NCBI GenBank assembly: GCA_964035545.1
Contig: CAXIUT010000097.1
Span: forward strand, 124,001-188,000
Reading direction: 5' to 3'
DNA length: 64,000 bases
From: Bugula neritina
Lineage: Eukaryota > Animalia > Bryozoa
How positions within the stretch are numbered: position 1 is the stretch's first letter; each line of letters opens with the position of its first letter. Under the pieces are notes generated by a model, which saw only the letters and a list, made by a program, of their open reading frames with translations, did no database searches and was not told the DNA's origin. The position numbers and the translations under genes are program-made. Positions 42,889-58,548 of the stretch are shown in pieces.

Positions 42889-45800
42889 CATCGCAAAATA
42901 CTACAACATACTGAAATGCACTGTAACAGATTGAAATACACTGCAACACATTGAAATATACTGCAATGTACTTAAATATATGGTAAACTACTGAAATATA
43001 CTGTCACACATTGAAAAATACTGCAACATACTGAAATATACTGCGACACATTGCAATATACTGTAGCATACTGAAATACGCTGTAGCACACTGAAATACA
43101 CTGCAACTCACTGAAATATACTGCAACATACTGAAACACACTGTAACATATTGAAATATACTGCAACATACTGAAATACATTGCTACATACTGAAATATA
43201 CTGCAACATACTGCAACATACTGAAATACACTGTAACATACTGAGATACGCTGCAACATACTACAACATATTGAAAGACACTGCAACACATTGAAATATA
43301 CTGCAACATACCTAAATATACGGTAATATACCAAAATATACTGTAACACATTGAAAAATACTGCAACATACTGAAATACACTGCAACACACCGAGAAACA
43401 CTGAAAATACTGTGACACACTGAAATATACTGCAAAATATTGGAATACACTGCTACATACTGAAATATACTGCGACACACTGCAACATACTAAAGTATAC
43501 TGCAACATACTGAAATACACTGCAACACATTGAAATATACTGCAAAATACTGAAATCCACTGCTATATACTGAAGTACACTGCAACACACTACAACATAC
43601 TGCAACATACGAAAATATACTGCAACATACTGAAATACACTGCAAAATACTGAAATACACTGTAACATACTGAAGTATGCTGCAAAATACTGAAATACAC
43701 TGCTACATACTGAAATATACTGCAACACACTGCGACATACTGCAACATACTAAAATACACTGTAACATATTGAAATACACTGCAACACATTGAAATATAC
43801 TGCAATGTACTGAAATACATGCTAAACTACTGAAATATACTGTCACACAATGAAAAACACTGCAACGTACTGATATATACTGCGACACATTGCAATATAC
43901 TGTAACATACTGAAATAGGCTGTAGCATACTGAAATACACTGCAACTCACTGAAATATACTGCAACATACTGAAATACACTGTAACATATTGAAATATAC
44001 TGCAACATACTGAAATATAGTGCTACATACTGAAATATACTGCAACATACTGCAACATAGTGAAATACACTGTAACATACTGAAATACACTGCAACATAC
44101 TACAACATATTGAAGTACACTGCAACACATTGAAATATACTGCAACATACCCAAATATACGGTAATCTACTGAAATATACTGTAACACATTGAAAAACAC
44201 TGCAACATACTGTAATACACTGCAACACATTCAAATACACCGCAAAATACTACAACATACTGAAATGCACTGTAACATATTGAAATGCACTGCAACACAT
44301 TGAAATATACTGCAATGTACCGAAATATATGGTAAACTACTGAAATATACTGTCACACATTGAAAAATACTGCAACATACTGAAATATACTGCGACACAT
44401 TGCAATATACTGTAACATACTGAAATATGCTGTAGCACACTGAAATACACTGGAACTCACTGAAATATACTGCAACATACTGAATTACACTGTAACAAAT
44501 TGAAATATACTGCAACATACTGAAATACAGTGCTACATACTGAAATATACTGTAACATACTGCAACATAGTGAAATACACTGTAACATACTGAAATACAC
44601 TGCAACATACTACAACATATTGAAATACACTGCAACACATTGAAATATACTGCAACATACCTAAATATACTGTAATATACTGAAATATACTGTAACACAT
44701 TGAAAAATACTGCAACATACTGAAATATACTGCGACACATTGCAATATACTGTAGCATACTGAAATACGCTGTAGCACACTGAAATACACTGCAACTCAC
44801 TGAAATATACTGCAACATACTGAAACACACTGTAACATATTGAAATATACTGCAACATACTGAAATACATTGCTACATACTGAAATATACTGCAACATAC
44901 TGCAACATACTGAATTACACTGTAACATACTGAGATACGCTGCAACATACTACAACATATTGAAAGACACTGCAACACATTGAAATATACTGCAACATAC
45001 CTAAATATACGGTAATATACCAAAATAAACTGTAACACATTGAAAAATACTGCAACATACTGAAATACACTGCAACACACCGAGAAACACTGAAAATACT
45101 GTAACACACTGAAATATACTGCAAAATACTGGAATACACTGCTACATACTGAAATATACTGCGACATACCCAAATATACGGTAATCTACTGAAATATACT
45201 GTAACACATTGAAAAACACTGCAACATACTGTAATACACTGCAACACATTCAAATACACCGCAAAATACTACAACATACTGAAATGCACTGTAACATATT
45301 GAAATGCACTGCAACACATTGAAATATACTGCAATGTACCGAAATATATGGTAAACTACTGAAATATACTGTCACACATTGAAAAATACTGCAACATACT
45401 GAAATATACTGCGACACATTGCAATATACTGTAACATACTGAAATATGCTGTAGCACACTGAAATACACTGGAACTCACTGAAATATACTGCAACATACT
45501 GAATTACACTGTAACAAATTGAAATATACTGCAACATACTGAAATACAGTGCTACATACTGAAATATACTGTAACATACTGCAACATAGTGAAATACACT
45601 GTAACATACTGAAATACACTGCAACATACTACAACATATTGAAATACACTGCAACACATTGAAATATACTGCAACATACCTAAATATACTGTAATATACT
45701 GAAATATACTGTAACACATTGAAAAATACTGCAACATACTGAAATATACTGCGACACATTGCAATATACTGTAGCATACTGAAATACGCTGTAGCACACT

Positions 45801-48800
45801 GAAATACACTGCAACTCACTGAAATATACTGCAACATACTGAAACACACTGTAACATATTGAAATATACTGCAACATACTGAAATACATTGCTACATACT
45901 GAAATATACTGCAACATACTGCAACATACTGAAATACACTGTACCATACTGAGATACGCTGCAACATACTACAACATATTGAAAGACACTGCAACACATT
46001 GAAATATACTGCAACATACCTAAATATACGGTAATATACCAAAATAAACTGTAACACATTGAAAAATACTGCAACATACTGAAATACACTGCAACACACC
46101 GAGAAACACTGAAAATACTGTGACACACTGAAATATACTGCAAAATATTGGAATACACTGCTACATACTGAAATATACTGCGACACACTGCAACATACTA
46201 AAGTATACTGCAACATACTGAAATACACTGCAACACATTGAAATATACTGCAAAATACTGAAATTCACTGCTATATACTGAAGTACACTGCAACACACTA
46301 CAACATACTGCAACATACGAAAATATACTGCAACATACTGAAATACACTGCAAAATACTGAAATACACTGTAACATACTGAAGTATGCTGCAAAATACTG
46401 AAATACACTGCTACATACTGAAATATACTGCAACACACTGCGACATACCGCAACATACTAAAATACACTGTAACATATTGAAATACACTGCAACACATTG
46501 AAATATACTGCAATGTACTGAAATACATGCTAAACTACTGAAATATACTGTCACACAATGAAAAACACTGCAACGTACTGATATATACTGCGACACATTG
46601 CAATATACTGTAACACACTGAAATAGGCTGTAGCATACTGAAATACACTGCAACTCACTGAAATATACTGCAACATACTGAAATACACTGTAACATATTG
46701 AAATATACTGCAACATACTGAAATATAGTGCTACATACTGAAATATACTGCAACATACTGCAACATAGTGAAATACACTGTAACATACTGAAATACACTG
46801 CAACATACTACAACATATTGAAGTACACTGCAACACATTGAAATATACTGCAACATACCCAAATATACGGTAATCTACTGAAATATACTGTAACACATTG
46901 AAAAACACTGCAACATACTGTAATACACTGCAACACATTCAAATACACCGCAAAATACTACAACATACTGAAATGCACTGTAACATATTGAAATGCACTG
47001 CAACACATTGAAATATACTGCAATGTACCGAAATATATGGTAAACTACTGAAATATACTGTCACACATTGAAAAATACTGCAACATACTGAAATATACTG
47101 CGACACATTGCAATATACTGTAGCATACTGAAATACGCTGTAGCACACTGAAATACACTGCAACTCACTGAAATATACTGCAACATACTGAAACACACTG
47201 TAACATATTGAAATATACTGCAACATACTGAAATACATTGCTACATACTGAAATATACTGCAACATACTGCAACATACTGAAATACACTGTAACATACTG
47301 AGATACGCTGCAACATACTACAACATATTGAAAGACACTGCAACACATTGAAATATACTGCAACATACCTAAATATACGGTAATATACCAAAATAAACTG
47401 TAACACATTGAAAAATACTGCAACATACTGAAATACACTGCAACACACCGAGAAACACTGAAAATACTGTAACACACTGAAATATACTGCAAAATACTGG
47501 AATACACTGCTACATACTGAAATATACTGCGACATACCCAAATATACGGTAATCTACTGAAATATACTGTAACACATTGAAAAACACTGCAACATACTGT
47601 AATACACTGCAACACATTCAAATACACCGCAAAATACTACAACATACTGAAATGCACTGTAACATATTGAAATGCACTGCAACACATTGAAATATACTGC
47701 AATGTACCGAAATATATGGTAAACTACTGAAATATACTGTCACACATTGAAAAATACTGCAACATACTGAAATATACTGCGACACATTGCAATATACTGT
47801 AACATACTGAAATATGCTGTAGCACACTGAAATACACTGGAACTCACTGAAATATACTGCAACATACTGAATTACACTGTAACAAATTGAAATATACTGC
47901 AACATACTGAAATACAGTGCTACATACTGAAATATACTGTAACATACTGCAACATAGTGAAATACACTGTAACATACTGAAATACACTGCAACATACTAC
48001 AACATATTGAAATACACTGCAACACATTGAAATATACTGCAACATACCTAAATATACTGTAATATACTGAAATATACTGTAACACATTGAAAAATACTGC
48101 AACATACTGAAATATACTGCGACACATTGCAATATACTGTAGCATACTGAAATACGCTGTAGCACACTGAAATACACTGCAACTCACTGAAATATACTGC
48201 AACATACTGAAACACACTGTAACATATTGAAATATACTGCAACATACTGAAATACATTGCTACATACTGAAATATACTGCAACATACTGCAACATACTGA
48301 AATACACTGTACCATACTGAGATACGCTGCAACATACTACAACATATTGAAAGACACTGCAACACATTGAAATATACTGCAACATACCTAAATATACGGT
48401 AATATACCAAAATAAACTGTAACACATTGAAAAATACTGCAACATACTGAAATACACTGCAACACACCGAGAAACACTGAAAATACTGTAACACACTGAA
48501 ATATACTGCAAAATACTGGAATACACTGCTACATACTGAAATATACTGCGACACACTGCAATATACTGCAACATACTAAAGTATACTGCAACATACTGAA
48601 ATACACTGTAAAATACTGAAATACACTAAAACATACTGAAATATACTGCAACATACTGAAATATACTGCTACATACTGAAATATACTGCAACACACTGCA
48701 ACATACTGCAACATACTAGAATACACTGTAACATAATGAAATACACTGCAACACATTGAAATATACTGCAAAATACTGAAATACACTGCAAAACACTGAA

Positions 48801-51800
48801 ATACACTGTAACATACTGAAGTATACCGCGACACATTGCAATATACTGTAACATACTGAAATAGGCTGTAGCACACTGAAATACACTGCAACTCACTGAA
48901 ATATACTGCAACATACTGAAATACACTGTAACATATTGAAATATACTGCAACACACTGAAATATAGTGCTACATACTGAAATATACTGCAACATACTGCA
49001 ACATAGTGAAATACACTGTAACATACTGAAATACACTGCAACATACTACAACATATTTCAATACACTGCAACACATTGAAATATACTGCAACATACCTAA
49101 ATATACGGTAATATACTGAAATATACTGTAACACATTGAAAAACACTGCAACATACTGAAATACACTGCAACACATTCAAATACACCGCAAAATACTACA
49201 ACATACTGAAATGCACTGTAACATATTGAAATACACTGCAACACATTGAAATATACTGCAACATACTAAAATACACTGTAACATATTGGAATACACTGCA
49301 ACACATTGAAATATACTGCAAAATACTGAAATACACTGCTACATACTGAAATATACTGCAACATACTGCAACATACTGAAATACACTGCAACACATTGAA
49401 ATATACTGCAACATACCTAAATATACGGTAATATACTGAAATATACTGTAACACATTGAAAAACACTGCAACATACTGAAATACACTGCAACACATTCAA
49501 ATACACCGCAAAATACTACAACATACTGAAATGCACTGTAACATATTGAAATACACTGCAACACATTGAAATATACTGCAATGTACCGAAATATATGGTA
49601 AACTACTGAAATATACTGTCACACATTGAAAAATACTGCAACATACTGAAATATACTGCGACACATTGCAATATACTGTAACATACTGAAATATGCTGTA
49701 GCACACTGAAATACACTGCAACATACTGAAATACACTGTAACATATTAAAATATACTGCAACATACTGAAATACACTGCAGAATACCGAAATACACTGTA
49801 ACATACTGAAATATACTGCAAAATACTGAAATACACTGCTACATACTGAAATATACTGCGACACACTGCGACATACTGCAACATACTAAAATACACTGTA
49901 ACATATTGAAATACACTGCAACACATTGAAATATACTGCAATGTACCGAAATATATGGTAAACTACTGAAATATACTGTCACACATTGAAAAATACTGCA
50001 ACATACTGAAATATACTGCGACACATTGCATTATACTGTAACATACTGAAATATGCTGTAGCACACTGAAATACACTGCAACTCACTGAAATATACTGCA
50101 ACATACTGAAACACACTGTAACATATTGAAATATACTGCAACATAGTGAAATACATTGCTACATACTGAAAAAAAATACATAATACTGCAACATACTGAA
50201 AAACACTGTAACATACTGAAATACGCTGCAACATACTACAACATATTGAAAGACACTGCAACACAGTGAAATATACTGCAACATACCTAAATATACGGTA
50301 ATATACCAAAATATACTGTAACACATTGAAAAATACTGTAACATACTGAAATACACTGCAACACACCGAAAAACACTGAAAATACTGTAACACACTGAAA
50401 TATACTGCAAAAAACTGAAATACACTGCTACATACTGAAATATACTGCGACACACTGCAACATACTGCAACATACTAAAGTATACTGCAACATACTGAAA
50501 TACACTGTGAAATACTGAAATACACTATAACATACTGAAATATTCTGCAACATACTGAAATATACTGCTACATACTGAAATATACTGCAACACACTGCAA
50601 CATACTGCAACATACTAGAATACACTGTAACATAATGAAATACACTGCAACACATTGAAATATACTGCAAAATACTGAAATACACTGCCATATACTGAAA
50701 TACACTGCAACACACTACAACATACTGCAACATACTAAAATATACTGCAACATACTGAAATACACTGCAAAATACTAAAATACACTGTAACATACTGAAG
50801 TATACTGCAACATACTGAAATACACTGCTACATACTGAAATATACTGCAACACACAGCAACATACTGCAACATACTAAAATACACTGTAACATATTGGAA
50901 TACACTGCAACACATTGAAATATACTGCAAAATACTGAAATACACTGCTACATACTGAAATATACTGCAACATACTGCAACATAGTGAAATACACTGTAA
51001 CATACTGAAATACACTGCAACATACTACAACATATTGAAATACACTGCAACACATTGAAATATACTGCAACATACCTAAATATACGGTATTATACTGAAA
51101 TATACTGTAACACATTGAAAAACACTGCAACATACTGAAATACACTGCAACACATTCAAATACACGGCAAAATACTACAACATACTGAAATGCAGTGTAA
51201 CATATCGAAATACACTGCAACACATTGAAATATACTGCAATGTACCGAAATATATGGTAAACTACTGAAATATACTGCGACACATTGCAGTATACTGTAA
51301 CATACTGAAATATGCTGTAGCACACTGAAATACACTGCAACTCACTGAAATATACTGCAACATACTGAAATACACTGTAACATATTGAAATATACTGCAA
51401 CATACTGAAATACAGTGCTACATACTGAAATATACTGCAACATACTGCAACATAGTGAAATACACTGTAACATACTGAAATACACTGCAACAAACTACAA
51501 CATATTGAAATACACTGCAACACATTGAAATATACTGCAACATACCTAAATATACGGTAATATACCAAAACATACTGTAACACATTTAAAAATACTGCAA
51601 CATACTGAAATACACTGCAACACACTGAAATACACTGCAAAATACTGAAATACACTGTAACATACTGAAATATACTGCAACATACTGAAATACACTGCTA
51701 CATACTGAAATATACTGAAACACACTGCAACATACTGCAACATACTAAAATATACTGCAACATACTGAAATACACTGCAAAATAATGAAATACACTGTAA

Positions 51801-53430
51801 CATACTGAAATATGCTGTGGCACACTGAAATACACTGCAACTCACTGAATTACACTGCAACATACTGAAATACACTGTAACATATTGAAATATACTGCAA
51901 CATACTGAAATATAGTGCTACATACTGAAATATACTGCAACATACTGCAACATAGTGAAATACAGTGTAAAATACTGAATTACACTGCAACATACTACAA
52001 CATATTGTAATACAATGCAACAAATTGAAATATACTGCAACATACCTAAATATACGGTAATATACTGAAATATACTGTAACACATTGAAAAACACTGCAA
52101 CATACTGAAATACACTGCAACACACTGAAATACACCGCAAAATACTACAACATACTGAAATGCACTGTAACATATTGAAATACACTGCAACACATTGAAA
52201 TATACTGCAATGTACCGAAATAAATGGTAAACTACTGAAATATACTGTCACACTTTGAAAAATACTGCAACATACTGAAATATACTGCGACACATTGCAA
52301 TATACTGTAACATACTGAAATATGCTGTAGCACACTGAAATACACTGCAACTCACTGAAATATACTGCAACATACTGAAATACACTATAACATATTAAAA
52401 TATACTGCAACATACTGAAATACAGTGCTACATACTGAAATATACTGCAACATACTGCAACATAGCGAAATACACTGTAACATACTGAAATACACTGCGA
52501 CATACTACAACATATTGAAAGACACTGCAACACATTGAAATATACTGCAACATACCTAAATATACGGTAATATACCAAAAAATACTGTAACACATTTAAA
52601 AATACTGCAACGCACTGAAATACACTGCAACACACTGAAATACACTGCAAAATACTGTAACACACTGAAATATACTGCAACACACTGCAACATACTGCAA
52701 CATACTAAAATATACTGCAAAATACTGAAATACACTTCAAAATACTGAAAAACACTGTAACATACTGAAATATACTGCAACATACTGAAATACACTGCTA
52801 CCTACTGGAATATACTGCAACACACTGCAACATACTGCAACATACTAAAATACACTGTAAATTATTGAAATACACTGCAACACATTGAAATATACAGCAA
52901 AATACTGAAATACACTGCTACATACTGAAATATACTGCGACACACTGCACGATACTGCAACATACTAAAATATACTGCAACATACTGAAATACACTGCTA
53001 CATACTGAAATATACTGCAAAATACTGCAACATACTAAAATACAATGTAACATATTGAAATACACTGCAACACATTGAAATATACTGCAACATACTGAAA
53101 TACACTGTAACATACTGAAATACACTGCAACATACTACAACATATTGAAATACACTGCAACACATTGAAATACACAGCATAGTTAAGGTCATCCCCAGTG
53201 AAATATCATCTCATAATCTAGTCTCAGTTCCTAGTTGCTATTGCTCTGTGGGCGGCATGCGTATTGCCTACTTGTCATAGGTTAGCATGAGATTGAACAA
53301 TTGCCAACAGACCATCAAATTAGCTAGGGCTGCACCTGTTCATATTACAACCATCGCTACAATCTATTGAGCAAGTATGTGGTCATGCCAAGCCTCAGCA
53401 TCACCTCATTATTATTATTACAAGAAACCA

Positions 53431-55924
53431 GTGGTTCGTTTCATGTGCAATGTACTTGATGTACAAAGGAAGATAGTATTTGTAACTTCTTTTTCAACTA
53501 AACATGTAAAACTCTTTCAGATTCTGGAAGCAAGCTAAATGCTAAAGCTAACTCAATATTTATCCATTTGCCTAGTCTAATAAAGTTGGTAATAATTACA
53601 GGCTTGACTACAACTTGACAAATGATTTAGAGATGCTCTTCTCTCAAAGCATACTGTTTTTATGCTAGAATAATAATCTATCTGTTCACTACCATTGACT
53701 AACTTGAAGTCAAAATTACCTTCATCATTAAACTCCTCTTCTAGTTGCAAAAACACTTCTCATTGCTAAACTATTACAATCAGTTACAGACTCTGCACAA
53801 TAGCTTAGAATAGTAAAGAGACTTGCATATAGGTCAGATAGTCATGTGTGAGATTTTGTTGGTAGCTGTAAAGATCAGATATGCAGAATTTTGTGTGGCC
53901 ACTTCGGGTTTAGATGGTTTGGGTAAAGGATTTGATTGCTGCAAGTTTCTAATATAGCTAGTAGGTACTTTTGTGGTCCCATTGTACATTAGTATAAGCA
54001 TTAATCAACACTTATTGAAGTGAACTTGGAACTATATAAAAGGTTAGACCATGAGCCTGTGCTATAAATATATTCTATTTGCTCTCTGTTGTATACAGTC
54101 TAAACTTTAAAAGGTCCAATCAACCTTAAATTGCTTCTAGCTAAATGTCCAAAAATTGGCTATAAACTGTATCTTGTTGCCTTGCACTGAGAAATGAATT
54201 TGAGGCCAGCAAACAACTGGGCTCCTTTGTACTCCTGCAGCAGCTACTATCAATAGTTGGTTATCATAGCTGTGCAGTGTTCACTCAAGCATGATATCAT
54301 CGGCTTGCTGTATACCAACTCAGAGCCAAGATTATCAACTATTTTATGTTTCTAAATTTAGCATCTAATAGAAAAAGCTGCGTCTAGTTAGACTGACTGA
54401 CGCTATGCTTGCCTGAGTGAAACATCCAAGATGAACAGTTGTAGTCTTAGCTAGGCAAGAATTGAAAATTTGAAGAGAAAACCTCCTTAAGATAAAAGAA
54501 GATGTCCAGTGAATTCAGTTTTGTTTCCGGCCTGATAGGTGTCAGTTAATCAGCTCAGATATAACTAGCAATGCATTTTCCATTATTCTGATGCTGCAGT
54601 TATAATATTTCATAACAAGAATTGACTCAATAATTTAGGCATATGCAACAAATCAGCCAGTTTTATTCAAGTTAACACCAGATAGCCATTGCTAAAGATC
54701 AAAACGAAAATCAGTGTGGATTTTAAAACATAATATAATATATATATGATCAGGCATAGAAGTAGCAAGTTCAATAAATAATGTAAACATGCAGAAGGTG
54801 TAACAGCTGTGTACTTTTGTGAAGGAATAAGTCAGGGCTTTTTTATAGAAATACATCCTATAAGTATCTTACAAACATGGGAGAGATAATATGTTAGTTC
54901 TTTAATTACTTTTCTTAAATATACATTACAATATTGAATGTCAAAACCGATTTTGTAAAAAAGCAGAATCTATAAAAATTCAAGCTGCAAAAGCCTAACT
55001 AAAAGGCACATTGCTGGGGTGATTAGTCCTGTCAATTATTAATAATTTTAGTTTTTATACCAGTTGATAAAAGTCCTATTTTTGCAGGTAGAGTCTTGAT
55101 ATATATAGGTGTCAGTTGTAGAGTATTATGCTTTTTAAACATAAAAATATATTGTCTTGCAAGAGTAGAGAATCTAAAAATCCTAAGAGCTGATGCTGAC
55201 ATAGAAAGGATGTCCTGAGCACACATGCTATAGCATTTCTTTGACAAAACCTAATCATCTAGTAGTCCACTTGTTTTTGGAACTCAATCTAAAAATATAA
55301 ATAGCAGTTTTCTCAATACATTGAAAAGTAATTTGCAACATTTTGAATTTGAATTAAAATGTTCATACACCACAGTTAGTACTAGAGTAGGCTAATCTAT
55401 ATTCTGTAAAATCTACCTATACTGTAAGCAGATCAAAGCTGCCATGCAGCTGGTAACTTTTTAAAAACACAGCTCATAATTACAATTACTATTAGGTTGG
55501 ATGCTCCCTTGAAATTGTATTTTTCAAATAATTTCTTAGTAATCATGATTGCCATGATGACTTCAATTCTTTTGAAACATATGCTTATAAAGTATTTTAA
55601 GTTGGTCACCCACAGTAAATGTAGTTTGGTATGCAAGTAGTAGTACAATGAGAGTTACTAAACAGAAGATTTTTAGTGCAAAACTATATTTTCTATGTGC
55701 CTACTCAACTACAGTACTCTAAATAATTGGAGAAAAAAGTGATAGTCAATAATAAATTTGGCCATTTTTCTTACATAATGATGAAATGAACTCTGACAAT
55801 TTTGATCTATAGTCTTACAGTCTTATATATAGTAATAGTTCTACCATCAATGCATTCTTATTATACTATGCCTTTTTTATGAATATAAAACTCAATTTTG
55901 AAGTTTAGTTATATTGTGCAATGC

Positions 55925-55986
<62 letters not shown>

Positions 55987-56321
55987 TATATATAATAATA
56001 ATATGAATATGAATATAATATTAATAATAGATATAATACGCAGTATAGGTCTACTGTAATACTATAAATAGTACAACTATACAAATCCTATAAAATTAAT
56101 TAAAAATCAATATATTATTGCTTGAAAGCAATACGAAATATGCGAATTTGCTGAAGGAAACAGTGGTACTCACTTACCCTTGAAGTTAAACTCTTAAAGT
56201 TAATCAAAGTACACTCTTTCATCCTAGGTTTGAGAGGTAAAAGACGTTTTTCACTCCATTTTGAAATGATATTCCCACCGCCAGTTGGCAAGTTCACTTC
56301 ACAGATTGCGTTTTAACATCC
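53431..56321 (-). pseudogene. Decayed DUF6589-like transposase gene, copy 2
   Basis: No differences from copy 1 noticed; ORF-track peptides 55032, 55433, 56115 are identical to 4981, 5382, 6064. Confidence 0.55.
55926..55983. repeat. (AAT)n microsatellite, copy 2, same length
   Basis: The 50,051 offset is unchanged on both sides of the run. Confidence 0.97.
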
Positions 56322-56374
56322 AATTTTTTATTTACCGAGCTAGCTTTTACTAGTAACATCTCCAATACGGCAAG

Positions 56375-58011
56375 ATGCAGCTACTACGTATGATATTACA
56401 CAGAGCGGTTTGTTTGAGGACAGTGCACTGCAGCTGTGGCATGACTAGGGTAGGTTTTCCCGGGTGGGGGTGGATGTAAATTATAAACGTTCTATGTGCT
56501 TTTTTGAAAGCATTATGATAGCATACGCTTCAATCATTTATATGTAAAACAAAACTTATTGTTTTATAAATTATAATTTACTTATTTATTTATTTTACTA
56601 TTGTTTTAAAAACTTGATAAAACTTTGAACACCCCCTCATAATACCACAACCACATTCCACTCCTTTAGTTATAACCCAATTAGATTAGAAGTCACATCT
56701 TCAATACAAACAAGCTATTCCGACGTCGGCTGCTGGCATTAGCTTGAAACTGCAGTGAAGCTCTTATAACTGAGCTAGTAGGCTGAAAGTGCACTACCTA
56801 TAGTTAGCTACCAATGTTATGAATTGGTGTAAGCAGTAAAGGAAATGAGTAGTGAATATGTGTACAGAAACTTGTACTCAAATGCTTATAGAACCCCATA
56901 TAAGTTACGGTTATTTGAGATTCAGTCAGGTCCAAAAGAAATTGTGAAATTAAATACCCATTTATATTACATCATGCTGAATCTGGTCACATAATTGGCT
57001 ATTTAAAGATAATTGTAATTAAAACCATATTGCAATATAAAATAACCTGCCTAAGTTGCTCCTTATTGACGAGTAGTCTAGTTGGGCATAATTTAAGTTC
57101 AAACCATGAGCTCATTTCAGCTAAAAATAGCAACACCTTGTCACTGCCTATGAATGGCTTGCATGGTCACTGCCAGAGCCATTAGCAAAATGGCTTACTG
57201 CTATTGCAAGCCTCCTACGTGCAAGCACTATTTATCAATCAGAAACTACTTATTTAATTGTAAGCTACTAGAATTTTAATACCATGATATTATAAAAAAG
57301 TTGTCTGGTAGGTGCGATATAAGCAGAAAAGCTTAAATAGCCTAAATTCTTAAATTTTTTAAGAAATTCTAATTTGGTAACATGTCGGAATTCTCTCTAA
57401 GCTTCTTAAGCTGCATCTCACCGCCTATAATAGGCCCAATAATACAAAATGCAGGGTTTAAATTCTTAACACCCTCATCACTGCGCACATACCTCATACT
57501 TATTATACTTAGCTGATGAGACTTTACTACTATTGTTGAAAGAAAGTTATGCAATTACTATTCAATTGACTAAGAATTCTCTCCAACAATTTTGTCGATT
57601 ATGAAAAAAAAGTTAATGTTTTAAAATAACAATACAGTGAGTTTGGTAACAGATATATTATTAGTATAATTTAGATTACTCTACAGAACAACAAATTTGC
57701 TTTGAAATCACACACAAAAGGCATAAAATTTAGTGGCCTTAACTCTCACTAGCATCCTAAGATGTCTGGGTTATCATACAGGCTGTATTACTAAACTGCT
57801 TTGCACTAGAAAGAAACAAGTCAAAGCAAGAAATGTACGCAGGCTTCAGAAATCTAGATTCAGGGTAGATTGCGCATTGTACAGCCTCGCCTCTATAGGC
57901 AGTACAATATTACAACCACCAAGATTCCAACTACTAGCTACTATAATATAATAACCAGCCTCATACTGCCTTTTACCCATAGTGCAGCTTACTGCAGAGA
58001 TGAACTTTAAC
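56375..58011 (+). pseudogene. Decayed RecQ-like helicase gene, copy 2
   Basis: No differences from copy 1 noticed; ORF-track peptide 57733 is identical to 7682. Confidence 0.62.
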
Positions 58012-58548
58012 CCTTCGGTTTAGCGCGCACAACATGAATCGTAGGCCGCATGAGCTCCTTGTAATCATTATGATGGCTACAATGCAGCGCAGCTCTACCG
58101 TGTTCAGCCAAGCGTGCAGACTAAGCGAGATGTAAAATTTTTAATAAAATCAGTGTATAAATTACACTTTTACTCCAATTCTATTGAGGTTATCTGAAAA
58201 CTTTAAAAAGCCTCTAATAGACAAATATCTTATAACCCTATATATCATTTTTTGCAAAAATATGTTGCTTGGGAATTGAATAATTCGTGGGGCACTGAGA
58301 CCATGTTTTTTTATGCGAAAATGGGCAATTTTTCACTGTTTTTGGAGCATAAAAATGCAACGGGTTGAGTAGGTACCGATTTTAAAAAAGCCTCTAATAG
58401 AGCAGCAAAATATTTACAAGATGGTTTTTAAATTTTGATTCTAGCCTCAAAATTAGTCGAGTTATGAGTGGGGCACTGTTTCATATATAATTATAATGGA
58501 GCAATGAAATTACTGATTCAGTAGAAGGATGACCTTAATCAAGCTGTG

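Larger units (their letters stand above)
8498..53172. repeat. Satellite DNA array, same 10/20-bp family, with higher-order structure; block 2 (~44.7 kb)
   Basis: Uninterrupted decamer array in one orientation; register shifts only at a few recurrent indel variants; diagnostic variant words recur in fixed order. Confidence 0.98.
53173..58548. mobile_element. Same transposon, copy 2 (offset +50,051)
   Basis: Same length, termini and TA flanks (53171-53172, 58549-58550). Only two internal differences noticed by eye: 8093 T vs 58144 A, and 8197 A vs 58248 T. Confidence 0.93.

Noticed and set aside
8498-53172. CRISPR-like or information-storing array of variable units
   Set aside because: No constant repeat with unique spacers and no cas or other adjacent intact genes; variation is point substitution inherited through duplications.
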